Source of the DNA: a virus
Reading direction: 5' to 3' (one strand)
Length of the DNA stretch: 64,000 nt
IMG/VR virus record: IMGVR_UViG_3300050343_000218
This document shows positions 26,601 through 33,983 of the stretch, piece by piece. The notes beneath the pieces are model-generated. The model worked only from the letters and a program-made list of their open reading frames with translations. It made no database searches and was not told the DNA's origin. Within the stretch, counting starts at the first letter, position 1. Each line of letters begins with the position of its first letter. The position numbers and the translations under genes were made by a program.

Positions 26601-27346
26601 CCACCGCCACGCAAACCAACTCTTGAGGTTTCGTTAGCATAAAGATAAAGCTGCTGCGGAGTTGTCTGCGAAACAGTTAGTGTTACTTCAGCACCAGTGG
26701 TACCAGGAGTAGCAGTTCTGGAGACACCAACCACATAGTTAGTACCGCCATTATGAGTACCATCAGGAGTCTCAGAGAAAGCTAAAGTATAACCAAAGTT
26801 AGAGTTATCAGAAACATCAATAACTAATTCGTGTCCAGGAAAAACATATGTCAGGTCAGGAGCTTGTGATCCGTTGATGTATAACTTAGGACCACTAGTA
26901 GTATTAACAACAGTAGCAGCGATTGAATACTGAGTACCAGAACCAACGTTATAAGGAATAACGTTGCCGTAATCGCTAGGTTTAATTTGACGTGCTAGCG
27001 CATCAATGTCTTCGTTGTCAGTTGATAAAGACTCTGCAATTGCTCTTCTATCAAAAGAACCACCTTGCACATCAACTTCTTCTAATCCATATGTCTGTGA
27101 ATCATCAGTTTCTACCCCCGTTAGGTAAATTTCTCTATCCCAAACAGCTCCAATAACCTCAGGGAATTCATCTCCCTTTAATATTTGTACAAAGTTATCG
27201 TCTTTTACGTCGAAATCTAAGAATAAAGTCTTAAGACGACTCAGATCTTCGGTGTTCTGAAGTGATGTAAAACGCTGTTTCGCTCTTTCGATGACAGCGC
27301 TGGCTTGATTTTCCTTAGAAATTCTCGCAATAATTCTATTGCTCAT
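17657..27346 (-). CDS. giant virion-type protein: I9-like prodomain, S8A subtilisin domain, two YHYH-like domains, several cupredoxin-like domains, Gly-rich repeats
   Basis: D297 (VIDTGI), H363 (NGHGSQ), N483 (SAGNG), S579 (GTSFSG); HSPVIGYAYDGYPIYGP-type motifs x2; CxxHxxM x4. Confidence 0.8.
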   Translation of the reverse strand: MSNRIIARISKENQASAVIERAKQRFTSLQNTEDLSRLKTLFLDFDVKDDNFVQILKGDEFPEVIGAVWDREIYLTGVETDDSQTYGLEEVDVQGGSFDRRAIAESLSTDNEDIDALARQIKPSDYGNVIPYNVGSGTQYSIAATVVNTTSGPKLYINGSQAPDLTYVFPGHELVIDVSDNSNFGYTLAFSETPDGTHNGGTNYVVGVSRTATPGTTGAEVTLTVSQTTPQQLYLYANETSRVGLRGGGFLNATDHCKVAIFSKWYLARITQQQNSLNYGLYSYTEHGEGVDCYVIDTGIRGASRPTNVTGANLHPELFHPDYADDYNTAINQAEYRVYEVPGYNSGYTVNGEANSNEDDNGHGSQCAILIGGLEHGVARKTRFYALKCQNSAGSGLLSTYVFALLAIINHNDPAHPNYKGSTRPAIINASLGVGTIPSEVYRYVPQNEPGFDSGSYEADTAMDDYENLCVENGIVFVRSAGNGYGYNFKYGGFQAKFNPGPRTAGPQDYRYNMEGISDKISVGATAYNNTFSGFSNYGTGVTTSGPGESIYCPQYYWNTNSSYSSVGSIYYAYIRGTSFSGPLTAGVIAQYLGKKGYENRATYEGKSVPKLAKEWIRREIDWDYERTQSAVGEEYGGGSVNVYPTNDIDEITLDGINTYIAVGAGTNEMSITLGSEFSRFDATVGDKMQFRIPEAVPSVDIITDVWVSSDGSPTAAYYQAGGLLNLVTDNDPAPGLAGVFPSGGTTGYVSTLSIQNQGSGYTIVPSVAFTGGGGTGATATADITLTGGNITSINVDQSGAGYTEAPTVDIAGDGTGATATAVISLTGGGIDSVTVTNGGSGYNPLNLPAVTFTGGGGSGATAVAVITDGIVSAVNISNPGSGYSEAPTVGIAISAAANQGNTIHAPDSSFVSGGGSTTSSSLNQTTRLLTVIADNLPQPALYGAFPNSNNSNTITGQSYNHTWVYRGGRNISDESPTSTLAQPSIGMALNGVQLRHLSHGLNVDLPDGTGCPDGYTFNKIFNSTAFGADNGSGVVDGSGMYHYITGNFLVNTWKGSSTTYTVTINDPGGGNKYYLNNGLTPNIILTEGNTYYFDQSDVSNAGYPFRISETQDGVHTQGGVAYEIGYRYQGTPGDGVSGTGLYLQVQPDTPNLYYYCSLYSGYGNAASVTTTTNTAALPSHTTADIINATHHSPVIGYAYDGYPIYGPIGYSSPGSPTTLSRMQSSWGVKGERDGTQYSGSTYTWGVTADDSLDFDFTGEAIGSDIAIAANIGDNLVFNVNASYTTGGGGGSTPATYNLVVTASGFSDYTVSGSDRTGNVSGSDPSLTFYEGDTINFTVSASGHPFYLKTAAGTGTGNQISGVSNQGTQSGTVAWTPGIGSAGTYYYQCEYHGGMVGTITIQSAGGGGGTTITHPFWIQKVPAPYNPAQVVAGVVNNGSYNATLLWSTTTTAPGTYYYVCENHQAMTGTITLTEPVGYAPSTTAYPMGSFVEDYQYLGGGNLDRCNGRYCVTPEFPGGTYAYFTTFDASANPAFPYILGDRYYGEPVTEADTAPQNPIFEQPASSVCTIGTQIGVVDTINVTDQGVGYTYANITFSGGGGVGTVASPNISVLDGYVSGLNLIEQGSGYTTSPTVTINPPNVSGGVQATSVAQIAITAGNPNSIDKQSFNQNFNWRGGTNYASASLVEMKPLRSVNAFGITTTGTFLYHYSFENGPTPGWTYNTVTNGNLVGEDSYGGYPSAANVYGYNSSKLLSAYGTVAVSGSNYLSQSYYDLGYRTVNYIITTDTKSASAPYYNQGSLNNYVLRGDTYTVNVEAPQLDFTRGNTYIFDLSDSSNDNHPMYFSTTDDGIHNGGVRYSDGVTYRLDGAAVDAVTFSNSFNSATTRTVTIVVPQNSPALLYYVCVNHPRMGNQSVVNSNVQGDYKRHTNGHSKILGMTFDGYPIYGPYGYSDRDDNSSAVIRMKPAYLPKLENRVPDMFGSRPDKTTYPIGSFNEDFEFQGGSEEDNITDITYNVQAAAATVSGSGGRYYISGGTLSGSAEKPSFNFKKGRKYTFNLSDSSNTSHMMLLSTNGDAQAQGWHVAGSSPGDVNAVYTIGVVYKLEDVVVTYSEYVAGFDTATLRSIEYTPASNAPHVLYYFCYNHSNMGERIIIGDVDSRNGRYCVTPDYPNGTYAYFITEDQNGAPAYPYIMGDYFYSDPVYPGGNAVEGSSYVYDIGGVQFNVLQRYWQTITDVDTANSRITIEPDAAQFTGVQSETGGNLIKIANLNGTHQRADGIQRWMDENPVGNKLYFQTEAQEDAGNGEGDEIVYLPTDKGVDGGYVRGLFSPYINLLTTWYTPAGALGTFNIGDVINLQLGVSFLRTYAAETILDRDYSLTGDSIVGTGLAFDTETGVLSGTLINNTTLDLTLTVEENISGQTQEYTIQLTNTTVTVQNVALKTGGASRTIDYLTVTKKDGQPNDDLIWEENKWYSRPLSYKSFSVLAYQTGYENTQFDYLPQWQIWGDKGAGFIWHNINEYSTGPVAAGQSCQIEEGDWFENNLAARDQFYSYNETFEDVTGHEIAISFLIVNKWWNYDQDFFRLKMRYRLTFNLVATGNDYATVINESGSTVFEVPKGATYRFDISDASWVGKNLELRESATGSAYIGTNVRRYGTPGTPGAWVDLIVDEAQAGSVFYFGQAGGTTFATQHLDFTSVFNALLSNTLQLGLTNIPAVPAQPLLTMESGATSITSSSYSVVTEYGALTHFPNTLPYQSSNKSPKDGRYPVNLVCTDQNIEFNWYRKLYSYDTSTGVKSYNWDTVANTSSTYVPLKSPHYRSRRDYGNNTTAYHSSCVLDGASIYEANYVSFDEDFPLRVNYGGPQIEIPVQSSSQLQPPLANDGTVLRVTDLPCKGIPSGVNDPYAYQVVVGNGDALSSVSNEISAIANPPEMGMWWYEYANGWTGTVSNGYLRHDQGFVDTTLTCGDYFGNVLVRSFVIDVGPAPLSALPYIDINTLQVQDYYKGAQNLTVSNNQSQDVTVSYTIDAGQFTWRLRLINEFPYMENVDSGTRTVYTTNNPAHANAPTIVNTGDFSTYSGQLAAATGVLRECPFRGDTNVNLPVDFSVKNDIQPAIFPARGTQKVYTLWVELVESPFDLVDLINLVAVADPCQDHTYDFAYTSNGACITPSNDYFCNFIKPLRDRGHGEQPIIGMEGVAQIKVTDGIAPRALDFQIPAPWPVLFSYLGDCNPTCA

Positions 27347-27380
27347 TGCACGAATTGAATACAGTACTTTCCCTGAAAGT

Positions 27381-27387
27381 TATTTAT
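27381..27387 (-). promoter_or_regulatory. T4-type late promoter
   Basis: ATAAATA upstream of the 3229-aa gene, overlapping the previous stop. Confidence 0.65.
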
Positions 27388-28049
27388 GATCTCAGATCGC
27401 CTTTAGTTCGTAGTAAATGCATTTTCTGTTCGTCTATGATTCTAACCATTTCCCATTCAGGAGAATCTGGACTGTATTCTGTATTAGTAATACATTCTTG
27501 CATTCTTGCAAATGCCAGACGATCCATAGGATCTTTGAGTCTAGACTGAGCCCAAAGCACTGCTACTTTCCTTTCACCAGCAGTTACAGGTTTAACTCTA
27601 TGTGGTATTCCAGTAGGGTAACTAAATGCCCACCCTGCTGGTAACTTAACACTAATCAGTTCAGTGCCAAGTTTAATCTCCAATTCCCCACCTTCATAGT
27701 CTTCATTTAAAAAAACTGTGGTACTAACATCAGATCGTAAATCTTGATTAGAACCCATATGTGCGTGATCGGTATGCCAATCATAATGGCATCCTACACC
27801 ATACTTACAAAAATGTGGTAACGTATAAGCACAGCTCAGCATTGAGTCGCGTACAACATCACAATTATCCATAGAACCTTCCAATATACTCCAGCACGCA
27901 TATGCAGACTGTTTGTCTATTTGGAAATTATTCTTTACTCGTTTATCGCTACTGCCAGATTCTTTACCATCCTCCCAGGTACCAGCATCACAAAGATTTA
28001 ATATATGCCCGACTTGGACGGAATTCAAAAGTTCATAACGATAAAACAT
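27384..28049 (-). CDS. PKHD-type 2OG-Fe(II) hydroxylase (YbiX/PiuC-like)
   Basis: WHTD, STTVFL, YEGGEL, HRVKPVTAGER. Confidence 0.88.
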   Translation of the reverse strand: MFYRYELLNSVQVGHILNLCDAGTWEDGKESGSSDKRVKNNFQIDKQSAYACWSILEGSMDNCDVVRDSMLSCAYTLPHFCKYGVGCHYDWHTDHAHMGSNQDLRSDVSTTVFLNEDYEGGELEIKLGTELISVKLPAGWAFSYPTGIPHRVKPVTAGERKVAVLWAQSRLKDPMDRLAFARMQECITNTEYSPDSPEWEMVRIIDEQKMHLLRTKGDLRS

Positions 28050-28051
28050 AA

Positions 28052-28702
28052 TTAAGAGGGTTTAGTAGGCCAACCAGTAAAGTTTTCAGGATCGTAGGGA
28101 TCATCTGTTTGAGCAGCAGGAAGATCTCTAAGTAATGTACGATATGCTGCCCATTCAGCTTTTTTCTCATCAGTAAGAGGAGAATCAGCCATCTGGGTCC
28201 AATCACAATCAAGTAGACGAGTGTGTCTCGCGTGCTTCAATGTTTTCATATTCTCAGGAACACCTTCGGTAAGGTATCTGTGAGCATCAAATTGTTCTTC
28301 TACAACTGCCGCCTCAGCTGCAATATGCTCTGCCGTAAGTTCTTCTAGTCTAGTCCTAAGAGCATTGTAAATCTTATCTGCTTCTGCCGTACTAGGACCA
28401 CCATTCAGAGGCGTTTTATTATAGTTACTAGGAATCTCTCCAGAACACTCTGTGTTCTCTGTGATATAAAAAGATGGTGAGATAATTCCGTCCCCATCAT
28501 CTGAAGATAACCAATAGTACATCATCTCAAATTGATCAACACCAGGAACATCCCAAATGCCAACCAAAAGAGGTGCCACTAATGTATTATATTCTTCGCC
28601 AATATCAAAGAAGAGAGTAGTTCCAAAAGGAGCGTGGTACGTACCAATCACCTTCTGAATATTGTTAATAACTAATGCTGCTTTTCCAAAATCTCTTGCC
28701 AT
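28052..28702 (-). CDS. tail fibre assembly chaperone
   Basis: C-terminal RLLDCDWTQMADSPLTDEKKAEWAAYRTLLRDLP..WPTKP is the Tfa/tail-APC signature. Confidence 0.85.
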   Translation of the reverse strand: MARDFGKAALVINNIQKVIGTYHAPFGTTLFFDIGEEYNTLVAPLLVGIWDVPGVDQFEMMYYWLSSDDGDGIISPSFYITENTECSGEIPSNYNKTPLNGGPSTAEADKIYNALRTRLEELTAEHIAAEAAVVEEQFDAHRYLTEGVPENMKTLKHARHTRLLDCDWTQMADSPLTDEKKAEWAAYRTLLRDLPAAQTDDPYDPENFTGWPTKPS

Positions 28703-28703
28703 T

Positions 28704-29351
28704 TTATGCGTTGTGATAGTACCAACCAGTCAAGATATATTTATTGCCTTTTAATACTGTATTTCCTCTGTGGGGATGCGTAAAACCAGCTGGCCAAACT
28801 ACAACAGTTCCTGCAGGAGGTTTAACCCGACGTTTTTGCATCAAAAACTCAGTCTCACCAGCTTCATAATCATCATTCAAATATATCGCCCACACTAAAC
28901 ACCGAGAAGAATGGTTAAGACCCATAGCCTCATAATGCCAGACGTGATATCCACCACCTTCCTCTGTTTTTTGCAACTTGATGCAACTACTAATCAGTGA
29001 TTCGCCTGCAAGCTGTGGAAACTCACCAATGTAATGTTCAACAGTTGATGCCAAATATTGATTAGTGCATTGCTGCAACTCAAGATTTTGATGAGTAATC
29101 AGGGTTTGTTTATCATATCTACCCTGCTTCCCTTGAGGAAACTGAAATCTACCGTCAGCAATATCACCGTTATCCATTGAGGATCCGATAACACTAGCGT
29201 GAGATTCTAGATCATCAAACCAATCAATATATTTCTGACACTCGGATTTGGGCATAAAACTATCCCAAACACCAATAAAATCATCAAAGTTTGATTTAGT
29301 CAAGTTCTCATCGAGCATCAGCTCTAGAGGACGAATAGGTGTAATGTCCAT
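28704..29351 (-). CDS. 2OG-Fe(II) oxygenase, P4H-like
   Basis: WHYE, IYLND, AGETEF, HPHRG, KYILTGW. Confidence 0.88.
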   Translation of the reverse strand: MDITPIRPLELMLDENLTKSNFDDFIGVWDSFMPKSECQKYIDWFDDLESHASVIGSSMDNGDIADGRFQFPQGKQGRYDKQTLITHQNLELQQCTNQYLASTVEHYIGEFPQLAGESLISSCIKLQKTEEGGGYHVWHYEAMGLNHSSRCLVWAIYLNDDYEAGETEFLMQKRRVKPPAGTVVVWPAGFTHPHRGNTVLKGNKYILTGWYYHNA

Positions 29352-29354
29352 TAA

Positions 29355-32246
29355 TTAAACGATTTTAAGTCCGCATTCTGTGTAGTTACCCTCAAGACCA
29401 CCATAGGTTGCCCTGAGAGCAATTTCATTGCTGGTACCAACTCCGATACCATTAGCATCATTATAGATCGCAGTGTTCAGATCTGTCAAGTTATTGTATG
29501 TGGTACCGAAATTATTGATGAAGTTGTTCATCCAACCATCAAAGGCAACAGCATCAGGTCTTCTATCAAGAATAACCTGATAACTACCGAGAATTTGCGT
29601 ACCAATCTGACCGTATGTAAATGTACCTACAGCTGTAGTATTTGCATATGAAGAATTGGTAGTCTGAACAAAGTATCGATTCTGACCAGCGTTAAATGCG
29701 TTAAGGGTACCATCATTATACTTGAGATAACCAAAGAATGTGTCACCATAACCTGCAGCACTTGTACCCGTACCAGTGGTGCAATTCACGGTCACTGTTA
29801 CTTCAGCATCAGCAACTCCTGCAGGACCAGACACATCGATATCATAGAGTGTAGTCTCTGTCGGAGAAACAGTAGTAGTACCACTAACAGTAGATGCACC
29901 GAAACTAGAACTTACAACAGTAGTAGCATCTGTAGATGTCCAAGTCAAAGTAGACGTGGAAACAGGATTTGTTGCTCCAGTGCCAATCTCAAGGACAGCT
30001 GGTACAGCAGATAGGACAACTGTAGGTAGTTGAGTTACGGATATAGTAACATTTTCCGTAGTAGTACCAGCAGCATTTGTAGCAGCAATAATAAATTGTG
30101 TACTAACATCTGGCGATATACTGATGGTAGTTCCACCCAGAGATGTCAAAGAATTCCATATTGTATTTGCAGGAACGGAAGAGTACGTAACACTATCAGC
30201 TCCACTAATCGTAAGTTCAATTTGTGCGCCAGGATCAGCACCTATATTAATAGAATTAATATCAGATGTCATCGTTACTACTGGTTGAGCAAGAGGATTG
30301 ACCGTAACAGTTATATTCTCTGTAGTAGATCCATTCGCATTACTCAACGTAACGTAGTACGAAGTGTCTGCCGTAAGTTGAACGTCTGCAAAAGCTTCTT
30401 TAGGATCATTGACTCCAGGAATGTCACTGCCAACAAATGTATCAGAATCTGGAGAAGCGTATTGAACACGTGTAAATCCATTATAATCAATTGTCTGTGG
30501 TGTCGCTGTAAGAGCGATCGTTGGTGCTGCACCAATATTAAGTGTAACGGGAATAGTTGCTGTTGTCTGACCATATGCATTACTAACAGTAACTGAATAT
30601 GTTATATCAGCAGTTGGAATAATAGAAATTGTTTCACCTGTCGGGACAGTAGCACCAAAGTTAGATCCGACAAGAGATGTTGCACCAGGAGCAGCATAAG
30701 TAATGCTTGTGGCGCTTCCAGGTTCGACAAGAGAAGGTAGTGCCGATATCGTAACTACTGGAGCAACAGCATATGTTACGCTGGCAGTTCCTGTTTTAAC
30801 TAAGTTAGTACCATCATAAATTTCAATCGTATAATTAGCAGCTGTCCCACCTAATGCAGGACCTTCAAGTACCATCGATACAGTATCACCAACAATATAT
30901 CCACTCTTAGTATTGGTACCTGTGCCCTGCACATTAATTGGTGTGGCACCAACATCAGCTCCACTAGTCTTCTTGACAAGGACGGTAAAACTATAAACAC
31001 CATCACAATCTGTAATCTGGAAAGATGTTGCAACAGTTCCAGATGCAGTGGCAACTGTTTCATCTAGAGGTCCAAAATCACCAGGAACGTTATCTCCAGT
31101 ATCAGCTGGTGGTGCAGGTGCAACATATGCTGCAGCACTTACGCCCAAGAAAATCATATAAGCTGTTTCTTGATAGGAAGGAGTAATCGTAGGGTCAGCA
31201 TTCAAACCAACACTGACACCTAAAGTAAATGATACATTATCAGCATTTGCCTGTTGCGAACCAGTAGTAAGTCCTACAGATCCACCACCAGCTTTAGCTT
31301 CAAGAATGCAATCTCCAGTGTTTTCTTGGCATTGACCTATGTTGTTAATATCTCCGTTAAGGAATGCAGCTCTCCACGCATCAATACCGCCTCGTTGTGC
31401 TTCCCAAGCTGTGCCCAAGTGAGCGTTACCAGCATTGGCTCCGATCGAATCGCCAAAACTTCTATGATAAGAAGTAGTAGCCCATATAGTACCGCTAAAA
31501 GCTATCCAATGCGCGTGAGGTTGTGATGTAAAAGCTCTATTACCTGCAGTAGCTGCAGCTAGATCTTGAAAATTTGAAGTGTGCGCAACGTTGGAATTAC
31601 TTTTAACCCCAGTTTCACCATTTCCAGGACTGGTTCTATCAAGAGTTTTACTATTACCACTTCCAGTATTAGTTACAATTGCTTTTCCCGTAGGGTCGTG
31701 ACTATGAGATGGATAGTTTTGCGCCGTGTGATTAGAAGTATGTCCACTATTCACCTTCAAGATACTGTTTGCAACCAAAGAGGTGGCAATAGTAGGCGAT
31801 GTTTTATTTAAAGTAATGCTAGGGTTGCCAATAACTTGCACTCTAGCGGCAACATCAGAAATACGCATAACGTTTTTACCGCCATACGTTCCACATACAT
31901 TCGTACCATAACCACTCGGACCACCTAAGTGAGCTTCCAATTGTGGAGATGAACTAACTTCTGGTCTAAGTCTACCTGTACCAATAGCTTTTTTATCTCT
32001 CAGGTCTGGTACTTTATACTTTCCACTAAGTTGTCCATAAATCGTACCACTAGCAGTGCCACCATAGGTATTACCAATAATTTGATACAATCCATAAAAC
32101 TCATTAGGATCTAATTCTCTGCCATTACATTCTTGCCATCCTGCAGGAGCAAAATAATCTCCATTGCTATCTTTCGGCATCATACAAATGGTGCCTACTT
32201 GAACTCCAGTCCAAGATGCTTGTGTTTGAGAGTAATACTTTGACAT
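29355..32246 (-). CDS. collar-domain tail fibre with four Ig/PKD-like repeats
   Basis: VGTI..APAGWQECNG..LYQIIGNTYGG..VPDLR collar motif; repeated ~80-aa units ending N..G.T...VTV. Confidence 0.82.
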   Translation of the reverse strand: MSKYYSQTQASWTGVQVGTICMMPKDSNGDYFAPAGWQECNGRELDPNEFYGLYQIIGNTYGGTASGTIYGQLSGKYKVPDLRDKKAIGTGRLRPEVSSSPQLEAHLGGPSGYGTNVCGTYGGKNVMRISDVAARVQVIGNPSITLNKTSPTIATSLVANSILKVNSGHTSNHTAQNYPSHSHDPTGKAIVTNTGSGNSKTLDRTSPGNGETGVKSNSNVAHTSNFQDLAAATAGNRAFTSQPHAHWIAFSGTIWATTSYHRSFGDSIGANAGNAHLGTAWEAQRGGIDAWRAAFLNGDINNIGQCQENTGDCILEAKAGGGSVGLTTGSQQANADNVSFTLGVSVGLNADPTITPSYQETAYMIFLGVSAAAYVAPAPPADTGDNVPGDFGPLDETVATASGTVATSFQITDCDGVYSFTVLVKKTSGADVGATPINVQGTGTNTKSGYIVGDTVSMVLEGPALGGTAANYTIEIYDGTNLVKTGTASVTYAVAPVVTISALPSLVEPGSATSITYAAPGATSLVGSNFGATVPTGETISIIPTADITYSVTVSNAYGQTTATIPVTLNIGAAPTIALTATPQTIDYNGFTRVQYASPDSDTFVGSDIPGVNDPKEAFADVQLTADTSYYVTLSNANGSTTENITVTVNPLAQPVVTMTSDINSINIGADPGAQIELTISGADSVTYSSVPANTIWNSLTSLGGTTISISPDVSTQFIIAATNAAGTTTENVTISVTQLPTVVLSAVPAVLEIGTGATNPVSTSTLTWTSTDATTVVSSSFGASTVSGTTTVSPTETTLYDIDVSGPAGVADAEVTVTVNCTTGTGTSAAGYGDTFFGYLKYNDGTLNAFNAGQNRYFVQTTNSSYANTTAVGTFTYGQIGTQILGSYQVILDRRPDAVAFDGWMNNFINNFGTTYNNLTDLNTAIYNDANGIGVGTSNEIALRATYGGLEGNYTECGLKIV

Positions 32247-33127
32247 CAGATTTTAATGATATACTCTAAAATTAAGTATGGTGTTGTTAAATGATCTAAA
32301 GATTTTCTAGCATCTGCCTGGATGTTAGCAGTTGCACTAGATCCGTTATAATTAATGGTAGTCGCAGCTCTAGTATACTGTAAGTTGTTCTCTACAGAAC
32401 CGCCAGTGACTGTATGATTATGTGTAATATTTGCACCACTGTGAGTGACCGTAGTTGTACTAGTTTGATACTTCACAATGTCAATTGAAGTACTATCCTG
32501 AAGGTCATTATCAAAACCTTCATCTCTCATATCAGATTCATACCACACGTCATTGTGAGTGTGAGCAGCAGTTTTTCCAATATCAATTGTATTTGTTGTC
32601 GATGTCCCGTTATTTTCAATGGCAAAAGTTGGTTGCCCAGAAATATTAGCTGTATAAACACTATCTTCAATGGTTCCGCTCATTGTTGTAGTAACCACTG
32701 ATGCTATGCTAGCAACATATCCTATACCAGCTCTTTCATAAATGCCGCCAGAAACATTGTTGCCCATAAATTCCTGCCCAGCTGAACTGTTAGGAACTAA
32801 GACTTTAGCACCTAGATTAGGAACTGCAAAACTACCTCCAGTAAAGTTGCCATCCGAATCAAACGTAGGGTTAATCAAAACTGAAGAGTCTATTCCAGGA
32901 TTAAAAGCACATCCAGGAACACCAGATCCTCCTGATGGACCAACCCCAATAACTCTAGCTAAACCAGGAAAATCTTGAGCTTGATAAACTTTGCCATCGC
33001 AACGTAAGTATCCACCAGGGACACGTTCTAATAAGTTTGCATCAGATTGACATTCCTTTGAAAAAGGAACAATCACTCCAGGTGCAACACCTTGAGCTCC
33101 TCTAATATTAGCATATACTTTCGCCAT
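32246..33127 (-). CDS. collar-domain short tail fibre (gp12-like)
   Basis: PGVIVPF..GGYLRCDG..FPGLARVIG..VPNL; C-terminal PYLILEYIIKI. Confidence 0.82.
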   Translation of the reverse strand: MAKVYANIRGAQGVAPGVIVPFSKECQSDANLLERVPGGYLRCDGKVYQAQDFPGLARVIGVGPSGGSGVPGCAFNPGIDSSVLINPTFDSDGNFTGGSFAVPNLGAKVLVPNSSAGQEFMGNNVSGGIYERAGIGYVASIASVVTTTMSGTIEDSVYTANISGQPTFAIENNGTSTTNTIDIGKTAAHTHNDVWYESDMRDEGFDNDLQDSTSIDIVKYQTSTTTVTHSGANITHNHTVTGGSVENNLQYTRAATTINYNGSSATANIQADARKSLDHLTTPYLILEYIIKI

Positions 33128-33146
33128 TGGTTGTGATGCCCTAAGA

Positions 33147-33153
33147 TATTTAG
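33147..33153 (-). promoter_or_regulatory. T4-type late promoter
   Basis: CTAAATA about 20 nt upstream of 33127. Confidence 0.5.
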
Positions 33154-33983
33154 TAAGCTTTAATCATATAAACTGCTGTTTGATGCGGTTGAGTAAAGTC
33201 CAAAACGGCATTACCCATACTATCATAATTATTAACCGACATATTATCAGAATTATAAGTATCAGAGTACGAATTAATTGCCATACTTCCCTTATCAATT
33301 ACAATCTGCATTGACTCGTGACCGTGAGCTTGGGGTGGTTTAGTCATTCTATTATTTTCAAAATCATTAGGACCACCAATTTTAACACCAGCACCCTGTC
33401 TGTTGATAATAGATCTAGCAGTTTGAAATGTAATATCACTACCACTTTCACCAGAAGGGTTTCCAGTATGCTGAGAATTTAACGCTTTAATATTAGGATT
33501 ATGCCCGTGACCAGGAAGGTTTTCGAGACTCATCATCCTACTTTGATAATGAATTTGTTTTCTAAAAATCGAATTAGAACTTGTCATCTGACCAGTAGCA
33601 TTTCCAGTTAAGGTCGATGAACTATATTGAATTACTTTATTGGGTCTACCATTAATAGACCAGTCTGCATTCAAACTCACATTTCCGCTATTATTATTTG
33701 AATCGCCAACGTAAGTAGATCCCTTATGGAAAGGTATCTTACCATTGTTTAAATCAGGGACTTGAAATTGACCTGATGCATCAGAACCACCATAAGTGTA
33801 TCCAATAACAGCTTTAAGTAAAGGATAATCATCATTGGCGTTGGCACCACCATCACACGCCAACCATCCAGGAGGAAGATCTGAACTACCTCCACCCCAC
33901 GCCATAATTGTACCGATCGCGGCATTTTTGAAGCCGCGAATTTCTTCTAGATTTTTTGACATTAGAGTTCGATTATACGCCAA
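33150..33983 (-). CDS. collar-domain short tail fibre (gp12-like)
   Basis: IGTIMAWGG..PPGWLACDG..YPLLKAVIGYTYGG..VPDL; C-terminal PHQTAVYMIKAY. Confidence 0.85.
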   Translation of the reverse strand: MAYNRTLMSKNLEEIRGFKNAAIGTIMAWGGGSSDLPPGWLACDGGANANDDYPLLKAVIGYTYGGSDASGQFQVPDLNNGKIPFHKGSTYVGDSNNNSGNVSLNADWSINGRPNKVIQYSSSTLTGNATGQMTSSNSIFRKQIHYQSRMMSLENLPGHGHNPNIKALNSQHTGNPSGESGSDITFQTARSIINRQGAGVKIGGPNDFENNRMTKPPQAHGHESMQIVIDKGSMAINSYSDTYNSDNMSVNNYDSMGNAVLDFTQPHQTAVYMIKAY

